From positions 32,552,001 to 32,616,000 of the forward strand of contig NW_024704742.1 of the NCBI RefSeq assembly GCF_018977255.1: a DNA stretch of 64,000 nt, written 5' to 3'. Positions within the stretch are counted from its first letter, which is position 1. Every line of letters begins with the position of its first letter. This DNA is from Callorhinchus milii. Taxonomy: Eukaryota. The notes under the pieces are model-generated. The model searched no databases. It was not told the origin of the DNA and worked only from the letters and a program-made list of their open reading frames with translations. The translations under genes were made by a program, and so were the position numbers. Shown here one piece after another: positions 23,851-36,200 of the stretch.

Positions 23851-25395
23851 ATAGGAACATGGGAATTAGGAGCAGGAGTAGGTCATTCGGCCCCTCGAGC
23901 CTGCCCCGCCATTCAATAAGATCATGACTGATCTTCTAACCTAATTCCATCTGCCCGCCTTATCCCCATATCCCTTAATCCCTCTATCCTTTAGAAACCT
24001 ATCAATCTCAGTCTTGAATATGTTCAAGGACTGAGCATCCTCAGCCTTCTGGGGTTGAGAATTCCATAAATTCACTACCCGCTGAGTGAAGAAGTGTTTC
24101 CTCAACTCTGTTCGAAAGGGCTGACCCTTAATCTTAAGAGTGACCCTTAGTTATAGATTCTCCTACCAGGGGAAACAGTCTCACACTGTCTACTCTGTCA
24201 AGCTCCATAAAAATCTTATATGTTTCTATAAGATCACCCCTAATTCTTCAATATTCTAGAGAATACAGACCTAGTTTACTCAATCTATCCTCATAGGCCA
24301 AACTAACCTAGTGAATCTATGCTGCACCCTCTCTAAGGCGAGTATGTTCTTTCTTAAATAAGGAGACCAAAACTGCACACAATACTCTAGGTGCGGTCTA
24401 TACAGTTGCAGCAAGACTTCCCTACTCTTGTATTCTAACCCTTTTGCAATAAACGCCAACATACCATTAGCCTTCCTAGTTGCTTGCTGTACCTGCATAC
24501 TAACTTTTTGTGACTGGTGTACAAGGACCCCAAATCCCTCTGAACACTAACACTATCTAATCTCTCCCCCTCTAGAAAATAATCTGTTTTTCTGTTTTTA
24601 CTACATAGCTGAATAACTTCACACTTACCCACATTATATTCCATCTGCCACCTTCTTGCCCACTCACCTAGCCTATCTATATCCCTTTGCAATCTTTTTG
24701 TGTCATCCTCAGAGCTTACTCTCTCACCTAGCTTAGTATCATCCGCGAATTTAGATATTTTAAGTTCTATGTCCTCGTCTAGATCACTGATATAGATTAT
24801 AAATAATTGAGGTCCAAGCACGGATCCTTGTGGCACTTCAATAGTCACATCCGCCAATCTGAGAAGGACCCGTTTATCCCTACTCTCTGTTTTCTTCCCG
24901 TTGCAAAAGGGATTAAGGGATATGGGGATAAGGCAGGGTCAGGTTATTAGCTGGAGTTAGATTAGAAGATCAGTCATGATTGAATGGCGGGGCAGGTTCA
25001 AAGGGCCGAATGGCCTACTCCTGCTCCTACATGTTATGTTATGTTAGCCACTTTTCGAACCATGCTAATATATTGCCTTTAATTCAATGGGCCCTAATCT
25101 TGTGTAGCAGCCTTTTATGTGGCACCTTGTCGAATGCCTTCTGTAAATCTAAATATACTACATCTACTGGTTCCCCCCATCTAACCTGCTAGTTACATCC
25201 TCAAAAAACTCTAAAAGATTTGTTAAGCATGATTTCCCTTTTGTAAAGCCATGTTGACTCTGCCTAATCATATTATGGTCTTCTAAGTACCCCACTACAA
25301 CTAATTAAGGATTCCAGAATTTTCCCTACCACCGATGTTAGACTGACTGGTCTACAGTTCCCCATCTTCTCTCTCCTACCCTTCTTAAATAGTAT
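23851..25395 (-). mobile_element. 5'-truncated CR1 LINE (RT domain to 3'UTR), frameshifted
   Basis: ORFs 24435-24857 (VPQGSVLGPQLF...KFADDTKL), 24280-24498 (RPHLEYCVQFWSP) and 25273-25458 (RPVSLTSVVGKILE); CR1 3'UTR at ~23851-23990. Confidence 0.93.
24903..25044 (+). mobile_element. Short CR1 3'-end fragment nested antisense within the CR1
   Basis: gggattaagggatatgggg...gaatggcctactcctgctcct followed by an (ATGTT)n tail; the host sequence resumes at gttagccac. Confidence 0.88.
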
Positions 25396-26082
25396 CTCAA
25401 TACCCCATCGCAGACAGAAACCAATGATGCCATTCCTACCGGCTGTTTTTTTTCTCAAATAACCATCTAAATAGACAGGAGAAAAAAAAAGATAAATTCC
25501 TTCTAATAATTAGATTTTTTAAAAGCTGCTTTTAAAAAACAACAGGCTAAACAGGCCAGAGCACTTAGCAGATTCAAGTCTCATAATTGCTGCAGGCTAT
25601 TCAATGAGGGGGAGCAATTCACCGGGTTGAATAATAATAATGCTTACATTTGGTACAGTGCTGTTCACGCCAAGAGGACGTCCCAAAGCGTTTTACAGGA
25701 CATGCTGTAAAGTGTTGCAACTGTGTGTTTTATGGGACAACACAACAGCCAGTTTGCGCATGGCAATGTCCCAGACAGCCATGAAGCGAATGACCAATTT
25801 TTATTTGGGGGGGATTGTCGAGCAGGACACCAGAAGAAACTCCCTATTCTGAAGAAGCCTGGTAATCTCTCTCGGATAGAGCAGAGGATGGAGAAGTGAC
25901 ATTCAAAAACACTGTGCCTAACTAAGGTGCCGTGCTTACCTGATTACTGACACATGTTACTTTTAGTATTAGCACATCCAACCAGTTGACCTTCAACAGC
26001 AGAGTGGAACAAAGTAAAGCGAAGAGAAAAAGAGAGGCAGAGAATGCTACACTTCTAAAAACTATTTTCAGTGAAGCCTTAC

Positions 26083-26127
26083 CTGACATGATGGTAGGGT
26101 ATGAGCCAAGACAATTGCGACATGCCC
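26083..26127 (-). CDS. GSTCD: GSTCD 45-nt exon: GHVAIVLAHTLPSCQ
   Basis: ccacag| ... CAG|gtaagg, phase 0 to 0; matches human GHVGIVLAHMLPSCQ. Confidence 0.95.
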
Positions 26128-27002
26128 CTGTGGATACAGGATAAAGAATAGAGTCAATCAGCCAAGCCGTGGAATTTGATCTATTTTGAGATCAGAATAC
26201 AGTCACATTCTCACACTTTTGACAAGCCAGACGCCTTTATTTATATTCTGAACTCTTGAGAGCTTATGCTATGCAAGAAATGCAACAATACAGATGAGTC
26301 TCCAGCACGTTAAACCAAAGGGGCCATCTTCAAACAACGATGTTACCTAAATATGTCAAACTCACGATGAATAGTTTCTAGCACTTTTCCGGGATTACTG
26401 AAAATAGGAGAGTAAATTGTAAAGTTACGGTATTATGAAAGCAAGAGTCTAATCGCCTTTTCAAAAGACAGTTGTAAAGAAATTATCATTACTTTACATG
26501 TACTTTTTAAAGGTTGAATTTCAAACATAATAATTATAGTTGTGCTTTAACCCTTAAACTTCCATCAGGTTTGTGGAAGCTGCTGTCTCAGGCGCCTGTT
26601 CTGTATATTCTCTAATATAAAACAAAATATTCCTTGCCTTTGATGCAGCACTCAATCACATGGTTAAAATGTCTTAAAGTGCTTCACAGTATTATTATAC
26701 ATCTCTATTACAGAGGTGTTAGTAGCATTGTCCATTGTGGATTTCAAGAGGGGAGTAGACAGCTACATGAAAGATAGAGGCTTGAAGAGGTATGAGGATA
26801 AGGTGGGGCAGTGGGATTTAATGGACAGCTTACTTGAGAGCCAGTGCAGATTCAATGGAGATTCTTCTGTGCTGTAAATCTCTATGATTCTAAGATTCAG
26901 AGAAAAAGGTTGAGAGAAACCAAGACTGAAGTCTGCTTAAACAGACTGCAGCTAAGTCAGTGAAACAGAAGGAAAGAAAGCTGTATATAAAGGTTACATT
27001 AC

Positions 27003-27118
27003 CCCACCGCTACAGAAATCAACAATAGTGTCACCAGGCCTAGCTAGGCTTGTCACGACAGAAACCAGGCTGTTCAACTGTTGCTGCTTCCTTACGGCAC
27101 GCTCACAGGGGAGCTTTC
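27003..27118 (-). CDS. GSTCD: GSTCD exon: (G)KLPCERAVRKQQQLNSLVSVVTSLARPGDTIVDFCSGG (SAM-binding motif I)
   Basis: 116 nt, ttttatag| ... GGG|gtaatg, phase 1 to 0; matches human GKMSSDRALRKQQQLNNLV...PGDRIVDFCSGG. Confidence 0.95.
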
Positions 27119-27469
27119 CTATAAAACAAATGCAAGTGGAATTAATATACAGCGTATCATTTGAGGTTTAGGAAAAGATTTTCGACAAATCACACTTATT
27201 TTCCACAAACCGAGATTCGAGCCCCTCTGCAGACATAACATGTGGCGGAATGTACCGCATCCATATTAACCTCCATTCTGGTCGCCGTTTATGAATTATC
27301 ACCTAAAAAATTCCCCCACAGTCACACAGAAGCCAAAGTAATGTGTAAGACTTTATTGTTGAGAAATTCCACCTGAATTCAGGTTCATTCTATTTATGTA
27401 GCATTTTAGAGCGCCCAAAATTTACCAGATTGTTGATCCTAGCTGACTTGGATTTTGTACTTCTAAAAC

Positions 27470-28697
27470 TTCTTTAAACAGTGAAAGGAAAGCTAACTTG
27501 TCAAATATACTATTGGGGGGTATCTGTGATTAAAACACAGTGAAGTAGTGATCAGAAAGTGAGCAAGACATGATTCTTGCTGTGTGAAGATACATGACAG
27601 TAGCACAAATCACAACCAGCCTCTCAACGTGATACTGCCAATTGAGTTTGACTCTATGTGCTTTGTCGTCGCACATCTTATATCCAATTTATTGGATATA
27701 AGTTGCGCTCTGGGACGCTACCCTGGGTGAGAGGTGCTATATAAATGCAAGTTATTGTTTTTAAAACAGCAAATCTCTCAGAGCACAATATAGAGTATTA
27801 GTGGAATGTGAACATGGGGCTTAAGGATTATGAGTATTGTTATTATTAAGATAAATCATTTTTCCAGGGCATAATTTGCTTAATATAAGAAGGGTATCAC
27901 CTCTGCACAAAAAATCTGCAGTCAGCCAAAGAAACTTGTACGCAAAATCTCTCTACTTCATAGCAGAGGTTTCCGTGCCTTGTGGCTCAGGCCCAAATGG
28001 GTGGGGGGAAAGCCACAGCATTGATGGCATGATGTTATGTAAAGAACAACAATGGCTGTAGATGCTTCAATGCACAACCCCTGCTCCGTGCTGCCAAGAA
28101 GGGCAATGGACTGGAAACCTAACCCAAGGCAACCAGCAGTGTGCCCTCTGCTCATAGCATGGTTCAGCCGCACTCGTTTTTAACTGCGATTCTTGAGTGG
28201 ACCCGAAGAGAAAAGAATCACTGGACCGTGCAGACCTGAAGCTTCACCATTCTATAAAAAGTGAAAGGAAAGCAAACTTGTCAATAATGGTGTGCCAACA
28301 GCACGCACACACTCCACAGTGGATCAGTGAAACAGAACCTTCTCAGTCTAGTCACACCTCGATTCACTCCTGACAGACGAGACACAACTTAGCTCTTAAA
28401 AAAAAAGCAGGAGGTTCCCTAGTTATAGAGGCCTTTACACTGAGACTGGTGACTTCTAAACGCAGAGACAGTGTTTGCATACAAATACACAGTCACCACG
28501 CTTCACAGTAAAATCTTGTGAAGCTCTTTGAGATGGCTCAATGAGCTTGTAAAATGCTAAATCAAATGCCAGGATAATTATTATTTCATAAACACAAACA
28601 TTTTTTTAAAAATCACAGATACCCTGAGACGTTTTAATCACAGATACCCCCCAATAGTATATTTGACAAGTTAGCTTTCCTTTCACTGTTTAAAGAA
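27470..28697. repeat. Perfect 67-bp inverted repeat pair (27470-27536 / 28631-28697)
   Basis: Base-by-base reverse-complement match read by eye. Confidence 0.92.
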
Positions 28698-31600
28698 AGT
28701 TACATTCTATTCCGTGTGTGGCATCTTCCCTTTTCAGCATAACACCAAAACCCTTAACTGGTCATAATCCACATGAGAAGAGTGACCGATCGAAATCTCC
28801 TTATGGATAACTTAAAATAATAGGAGACTGCTCAGTTGCATTGAACAGTTGTTATGGGAATTAGTTTTATTCAAACCAGCCAGGCTCCATGTGAATTCCA
28901 CTTGAGACATTTGTCACTTTGTTGATGAGTGCTAGCCAAGTCACAGTAATAAAATCCCATTGGACCTATTTGGAAAATGTGAACATTGTTTGCAATCCCT
29001 GATCCCCAGTCAGTAAATCATGCACTGGACCTTATCCAATCAATGTCAAGGTGTTACAGTGTGCTTTCATATTTGCCAAGTCTAGGCAAAGTCTGCAAGG
29101 TTCAAAACCTGTCATATTTCTGTCCGCGCCATGTGAAAACACGGATGATTTATCAAAGCATTTGTAAGTAGATACACTGCCGAGTAATCCATTGGTTCTG
29201 CATTCGCTTTGGCGAGGAACACTGTACAGCATGTTGGCACCGCGAACAAAATGTCTCTTCGCATTCCTACCGTAGCATTTGCTCGATTGGATACTTTACA
29301 ATATTAACAGGGAGAAAAACAAAGTTTCTGAAAGTGGCTCCAACTCCCGCCGCGTCGACACGGAATGTCAGCTACCCCACCGATCCCAAGGGATCCTAAG
29401 TTGTTCAGCACCGCTTCAGTTTAAAACCCACACCACCTCACAGCACAAAGTTATCACAAGGCAGGCAAGTCTTGTGCCAATGTTGGCATAGTTTATTATC
29501 TTATTTTCATGTGAAAAAAATTGGAAGTTATGGTTTTAAATCTTTCATCAGACTGGTTTCCTCTCTCATAACCCTGCTCTCACCAGGGGCTGTTGTCACA
29601 GCAAAAGTATGTTTCACCCATAAAACACACAGTCAACCCACTTCACAATATATTTTGTGAAGCGCTTTAAGACGTCTCGACAATGTGAAAAGGCGCTATA
29701 TCAAATGCAAGGATTATTATTATATTATTATTTAAGTTACAAAATTGGCATTTGGTCTCTCCTGCCACCTTCCTGACAAACACTGAACATTTATTTTTTT
29801 AAAATGGTTATTTTCTTCTTTTTAAGATTTCTCTCTCTGCCACCCACCAGTACCTCAGGCACGATGGACAGTCAGATTTAACCCATCTCTAGGTCTCTGC
29901 AACCACTCATTAGGAGATACATAGAAGCAGCCAATGTGACTTGTCCTCCTTCCACTCAGTTTTATGAGGCACCAAAGCTCTGCTCTGGGTCACTCTTCCA
30001 AACATTCAGTCCAAGGCTAGAGACTTAGAGACAGATGTGGTCTCTCATCCTCATTATCTTCGTGGAGCATTTCAAAACCTTTATCCTACAGGAAAGGATG
30101 AACGCCTATAAGTGAACGTACTTCTGAAGAGGCAGTGTTGGTTTACTGAGCAAGACTGAGATTTAAACAGAATTTAGCACCAAGTGGTATTTTAATAATA
30201 ATAATAATTATTCTTGCATTTGGTTTTCCAGGCTAGTTGCTGAAATGTGACATGCCATTGCCTCGCCTTTGCTTCCTATAGCACCTGGCTGTTCTCCTGA
30301 GCTAAGTGAAAAGCCGGCAGCATGGTGGGTGGAGAGTAGAAGTCAAGTTAAGCTATGTTTTCAGTACTCTCAGAATGGGAAGTACTGTATGTATTTTAAA
30401 GCAAGTTAGAACTTCAAAACTATTTAACTATCATTGTCAATCGTCTTTTCCAGGTGAACCCAATGCTTTGAGAGGATACCTTGCATGAAGGACGCTATAT
30501 GAATGCAAATTATTGTTGTTTTTGAATTATAACACCAAAACATTCCTTTAAGCCTCAAAGCTTTACAACACTTACAGAAGTACTCATTACTTGCCATCAA
30601 ATTTTGTTTTCCGTCAGCAATTTAGGAATGGGGAATTTAACAATGTCAAAAAATAACTGGTCTCCTGCTATTATATGCGCTAAAGATTTTTTTGAGCCTG
30701 TGTGTGCTCTCTATTTACGTCTGATCTGATGCTCAACACGATTAAGTTACCTTCAGTAACAGTGCACCACTCTCGGGAATAGAGGCACAGTTGAAACTCA
30801 GCATGTCCTCTGTTCCTTTTGGAAGACTGCAGCCTGCCCCATTGGGGCAATTCCACCCAGCATTGTGCTAAAACCCAGAATATACAAACCCTAGTGGCTA
30901 AGAATATCCATACCAGAGATTAAAGTGACTCGTGGAAGTGTCAGCCTCTGCAGCACTGTACTGCGGCAGCGTATCTGACATCAAAGGAAATATGCCATTC
31001 ATTTTTACCGTCCAGATAACTGTGGCTTTCATTGCACTGCCATTCGTACTTTAATCTTTAGACCTTTCAATTCTGCTGCGGACTCATTAGAGCCCCCCCA
31101 CTCTCGGTTTACAGGGAGGAATCTTTGCACTTTATACGATAGAAATAGCTTCACGCAGATCTATTATCTGCACGGTTTCAAATAACCTTTACAAGTCTAC
31201 AGAAACATAGGAATGTATGGGACTAGGAGAGATCACTTGGCTGGTTCCAAAGTAAAAAAAAGGGAAAAAAACACATTACTGTCTCTCCCCCTATCCCTCA
31301 ATTGATCTATTTCACCAAATAGCTACCTGTCTACTTGTTGCCAATTTTTTGGGTTTGTTTCTCATCTACAAAGAGCCAATTGTAAGTTGTAACAACAGGT
31401 TACCTTGGAGTAAATTCAAGTCAGGAGTGCAATGGAGAGGCTCAGATAGTTCTACAGATACGATCACTAGGAGGTTTGTGTTTTGGGTTTGCCGGGTGTC
31501 TGACACATGCAAAAACCCATCACCATGCTTAAGAGTATCCAAATCCAATTAAAAGTTCTACATATACTTGCCATTTACATATACGAAGGCTTGGGGACGC

Positions 31601-33099
31601 CAGAGTGTGCAATGGGGTAACTGTTTAACCAACTAAAACTGCATATCTTACTATTGAAAACACTGTCTGACAAGTTTCCTGCTGCTTGTCCAGATAGGAT
31701 CACCTTACCCATTAGGCCTTTAGGGTTAACAGGAGCTGAGTGGGAAGGATCCCTGCCCCCAGTGACTGGTCTGCCCATTCAAGTCTGTCCATCAAGCTAA
31801 ACAGGCTGATCTGTCATTAACACTGTCTAGGACCTATGCAGACCTCCCTGGGTCAGGAATGGGACTACCAAGACCACCACAGAATGGTTGCCTCAATTTG
31901 AAAACCAATCACCTAGGAAAGCTTTAAGGTGAATTCACCTGACATTTGAACAAACCAACCAACCTTTAGTATAATGATGAAGGACCGAGCTATTGTTCTA
32001 ACCACTATGGCGATGTGCATTTCCAATCCGTGGATTAATAAAATCACTACACTATAAGAAAATTACTTTGATTTTTCCTAGATCACTGAGCGACAAAAAA
32101 AGTTTTGCTTTCTGGATAACTAAAAAGACTCCAATTAAATTAAAAGCAAGATCCAACTGCAAACCATCATTGTGGATTGTGTTCAAGGAGAAGTTTACTA
32201 TGTCAATCAAGTAACATACATATCTTACGTTACCAGCATTATTATTAGTATAGTAGTATTATTATAACTTCTGTAGTCTAGTCACTGGTCTAACACCCAA
32301 CAAGGCTTCTCAACTGTTTTGGTTCACACCAAAGTGGTCCATTTGAACAAAAGGGGTTTCAAATACTTTATTGTGTATTTATGAAACCTCAGTTCTATGT
32401 GTGGAGAGCTTAGTAACAGACTGGAAGGAATATGCGAGGATAATCCAAAATAACCTTTAGAATACTTTGTGTAGAGCATGCAGAACAAGTACATTCTCGA
32501 AGCATTGCAGAGACAATAAGGAGCACTGAACAGAAAAGTGAGAAAGAAGCATTTAAGGTCTTGAACAAATGCATGGTTATTTGAAGGAGTGTTTGAAAGA
32601 AGCGCGAAAAGGAACAAGGCAATGGGATATTGAGAGAGAGGGGGCTTAGTGGCTAAAAGCTCTGTCACCAATGATGAAATGGAGGAAGTAAGGAACAAGC
32701 AATAGATCAGTGTCAGAGAAGCAGAGAGCGCAGGCTGGAGAACAAGGCTGCAAGAGATTGCAATGGTAGAGAGAGACAAGACCATAAAATGATTTACAAA
32801 CCAGGGTGATTATCTTAAAGCTAAAGCTAACTGAGATACTGGGAACCAGTGGAGACTGGCGAGGATAGGGGTAATGGATGACCAGTGTAGATGAGGATAT
32901 GGGCTGCAGACATCTGGATAGTTAGAGCTTGTGAAGGGTTGGAGCTATGGAGGGCATTGGAGAATGGACTTGAGGTGCCTAAAGCTCTGGTGGTAGTGAG
33001 ATAGGAACACAAGTGAGAAATGTTCCAGAGATTGAAGAATGTGATTTTGGTCAAGGACCGGGTTTAAGGTTTGATTTTGATTATATCAAAATAATTTGG

Positions 33100-33985
33100 A
33101 TTGCAAAGGGAAACAGACAGGCTAGGTGAGTGGGCAAGGAGGTGGCAGATGGAGTGAGTATAACGTGGGGAAGTGTGAAGTTATTCACATAGGTAGTAAA
33201 AATAAAAAAGTAGATTATTTTCTAGTGGGGGAAAGACTAGATAGTGTTAGTGTTCAGAGGGATTTGGGTGTCCTTGTACACCAGTCACAAAAAGTTAGTA
33301 TGCAGGTACAGCAAGCAACTAGGAAGGCTAATGCCATGTTGGCGTTCGTTGCAAAATGGTTAGAGTACAAGAGTCGGAAAGTCTTGCTGCAGTTGTATAA
33401 GATCTTGATGAGACCGCACCTGGAATATTATGTGCAGTTTTGGTCTCCTTATTTAAGAAAGAACATACTCGCCGTAGAGGGGATGCAGCGTAGATTCACT
33501 AGGTTGGCTCCTGGGATGAGGGGATTGACCTACAAGGAGAGGTTGAGTAGGCTAGGCCTATATTCTCTAGAATATAGAAGAATTAGAGGTGATCTCATAG
33601 AAACATATAAGATTATTAAGAGTCTTGACAGGGTAGGTGCCGCGAGACTGTTTCCCCTGGTTGGAGAATCTAAAACTAGGGGTTATAGTCTCAAGATTAA
33701 GGGTCAGCCCTTTAGAACTGAGTTGAGGAAACATTGCTTCACTCAGAGGGTAGTCAATTTGTGGAATTCTCTACCGCAGAAGGCTGTGGATGCTCAGTCC
33801 TTGAACATATTCAAGACTGAGGTTGATAGATTTCTAAAGGATAGAGGGATTAAGGGATATGGGGATAGGGCGGGTAAATGGAATTAGGTTAGAATATCAG
33901 CCATGATCTTATTAAATGGCGGGGCAGGCTCGAAGGGCCAAATGGCCTACTTCTGCTCCTAAGTCTTATAGTCTTATGGTCTTAC
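33100..33985 (+). mobile_element. 5'-truncated CR1 LINE (ORF2 C-terminus and 3'UTR)
   Basis: ORF 33126-33887 (YNVGKCEVIH...RPHLEYYVQFWSP...RGDLIETYKI...FTQRVVNLWNSLP); 3' tail gtcttatagtcttatggtctta. Confidence 0.95.
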
Positions 33986-35124
33986 ATATTCGAAATACAT
34001 TTTGTTCAAAATAGGTAAATATGATATTTGGACACTTTGGAGCTACCGAGCCCTCATTTCTGCTTCACTGTATTCGTGCATAAAATATTGTTTTGTCTGA
34101 TAATGATTCCCAGTACAAATAAAATGTACGAAAAGCAATTGGGGCAAAGCGCTTTTAGTAATGGTCTGTTTATCAGAACTTGAACGCGGACAGAGGATCC
34201 AATTCATGCCTTCTACCAAATTGCAGGTGTGCAGATGGCAAGCAATGAACCAGAGGCAATCAGCAGTTGAAAAGCAGAAAGAGCAACAGATTATATCTGT
34301 AATAAACCACCACAGCAGGTGTGTGCAGATGTCATTACCACAAATAGAATTAAAACATCCAACCCAGTCCCACATACATTAAAGCAACCTCCAAAAAGGC
34401 AAATCAAATCAAGCTTACCTTGTCACACAGAAACATGAGTGCAAATTAAATATTGGGTAGCATTCCACACACAAAACCAATCACTGTCCATCATCGACAA
34501 GCAGTCTCCCAAATGACTAAGCTACGTTTCATTTAAGGATGATTGCTGATCTCAGACAAATCTGCATCTTACCCTCGTCCCCTACCATAGATTTAGGTAA
34601 CTTTCGTATACTGTAATACTAATCCTTGCATTTGATGTAGTGCCTGTAATATCAACATTTCTCAGCATTTCCCAGGTTACGAAATGTGAAGTGACTGTAC
34701 TTGTAGGCAGAGGATTGGAGTAAAATCTGGGACATTTCATATTGCATGTAAATTAATGTATACAATGCATTATGAATCACCGCTTATTTTACGGCATTCC
34801 TAAAGGCCATAAATAAAACCAATAACGTCCCAATTTGCATTGGATATATTTTTTTACTGCTATTTTGGATTTTGCGACATGGTCGACTTAACTTTGTTAA
34901 TGGATGTGGCAACTGAGCTGTTTAAGGCTCCTTATCGCAGGTTCCACTGGCTCCTTATCGCCAAACGGATTCATTTTCAAATCCCTTCATGTACTGACAC
35001 CTCCCTACCTCTCCGACCTGCTTAACCGGCAACCCGCAACTTCCACTCGATTATCTCCAGCCTTCTCCATGTCCCTCGTGGGGATGCTACCCTGCGTGAG
35101 GGGCGCTACATCAATGCAAGATTC

Positions 35125-36200
35125 GGACCAGAGAGAGAGAGTTGGGTGTATCTACATACATGTGGAAGTTGACCCCATGTTTGCAGGTGATGTCACCAAG
35201 AGGGAGCATGTACATGTTGACCCCAATGCCCACTCTGGGGCCCCCAGAACATTGAGGAATATGGAGAAAAGGCAGAGAAATGGAATAGAAATATAAAAAG
35301 CTGACGTCAACTACAAAAATGGCAGAGCAGACACAACGTGGTTTTAACTGGTTAGACTCCAGCAGTTACCCCGACGCACACTGTGGGGTCCCCAAGCCTT
35401 GGCTCTTGCCAATCTGTGCCTAATACTTTCCGGAATTGAGTAAGCATGATGCGTCTCTCCAGAGAGAAAGTTCGTATTCTACTCCAATAAATATATTGTG
35501 AATTTCCATGTGTAGGTGGGATGCATGGAACCCTCGGTTTGGTTTGGATACTCTCAAGCATGTGATGTGTTTCCACATGTATCAGACAACCAGCTGACCA
35601 TCCCCAAAAAGAAGTAAATATCACTATACTGCAAGCACTTCACTGCTGGAAGCAATAGAGTAAATATGACATATGCAAAGTATGAGTTATGTCAAACTTG
35701 CATAGAATATAAACTCTGGAATGATAATAATAATAATCCTTGCATTTGATATAGCGCTTTTCACGTCGGGAGGAAGTCCCAAAGCACTTCACAGAACACA
35801 CTGTAAAGTGAATTGACTGTATATTTGTGGGCGAACGCGGCAGCCAATTGCGCACAGCAATGTCCCACAAACAGTCGTAGATTGAAAATGACCAATTTAT
35901 TATTGTTTTTGGAGGGATTATTATTAGGCGTGTGGAGTAAGGAAACTTGCCCAAGGTTTCGCCCTCTGCCTGGAATTGAACTCAGGTTTCTCGCTTGCAA
36001 AGCGAGTGCTCTAACCACTGAGCTACAGGACTCCATAAATGAGGAAATGGAGGGGCGCCAAGAATAGAGCCTTAGGATACTTTGCAGGTGACTGTTTGGG
36101 ACCTGGAGGTGAAACCGGTGGAGGAGACGAGAGGATACTCAAGTCAGTCTTGAAGCAGGAGAGGGGATGAGGGAGGAGAGGCGAGAGAAGAGGATATCAC
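35125..36200 (-). mobile_element. Degraded L2 RT fragment split into two pieces (36200-36035 and 35212-35125)
   Basis: Piece 1 reads ...GSILG(P)..FLIY with a frameshift and a stop; piece 2 reads YMLPLGDITCKHGVNFHMYVD. Confidence 0.75.
35724..36034 (-). mobile_element. Full-length tRNA(Ala-like)-headed SINE with L2-type tail (short subtype)
   Basis: A box TAGCTCAGTGG, anticodon arm CTCGC-TTTGCAA-GCGAG and B box GTTCAATTCC. Body shared with dozens of copies in the window; 3' stem-loop followed by (TTA)n tail. Confidence 0.9.

Noticed and set aside
33126..33887. Longest ORF (253 aa) as a host gene
   Set aside because: It is the C-terminal part of CR1 ORF2 in a 5'-truncated copy.
35960..36034. 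tRNA-Ala gene (also ~41042, 45215-45291, 50070-50141)
   Set aside because: The acceptor stem is not properly paired and the sequence continues into the SINE body; these are SINE heads.
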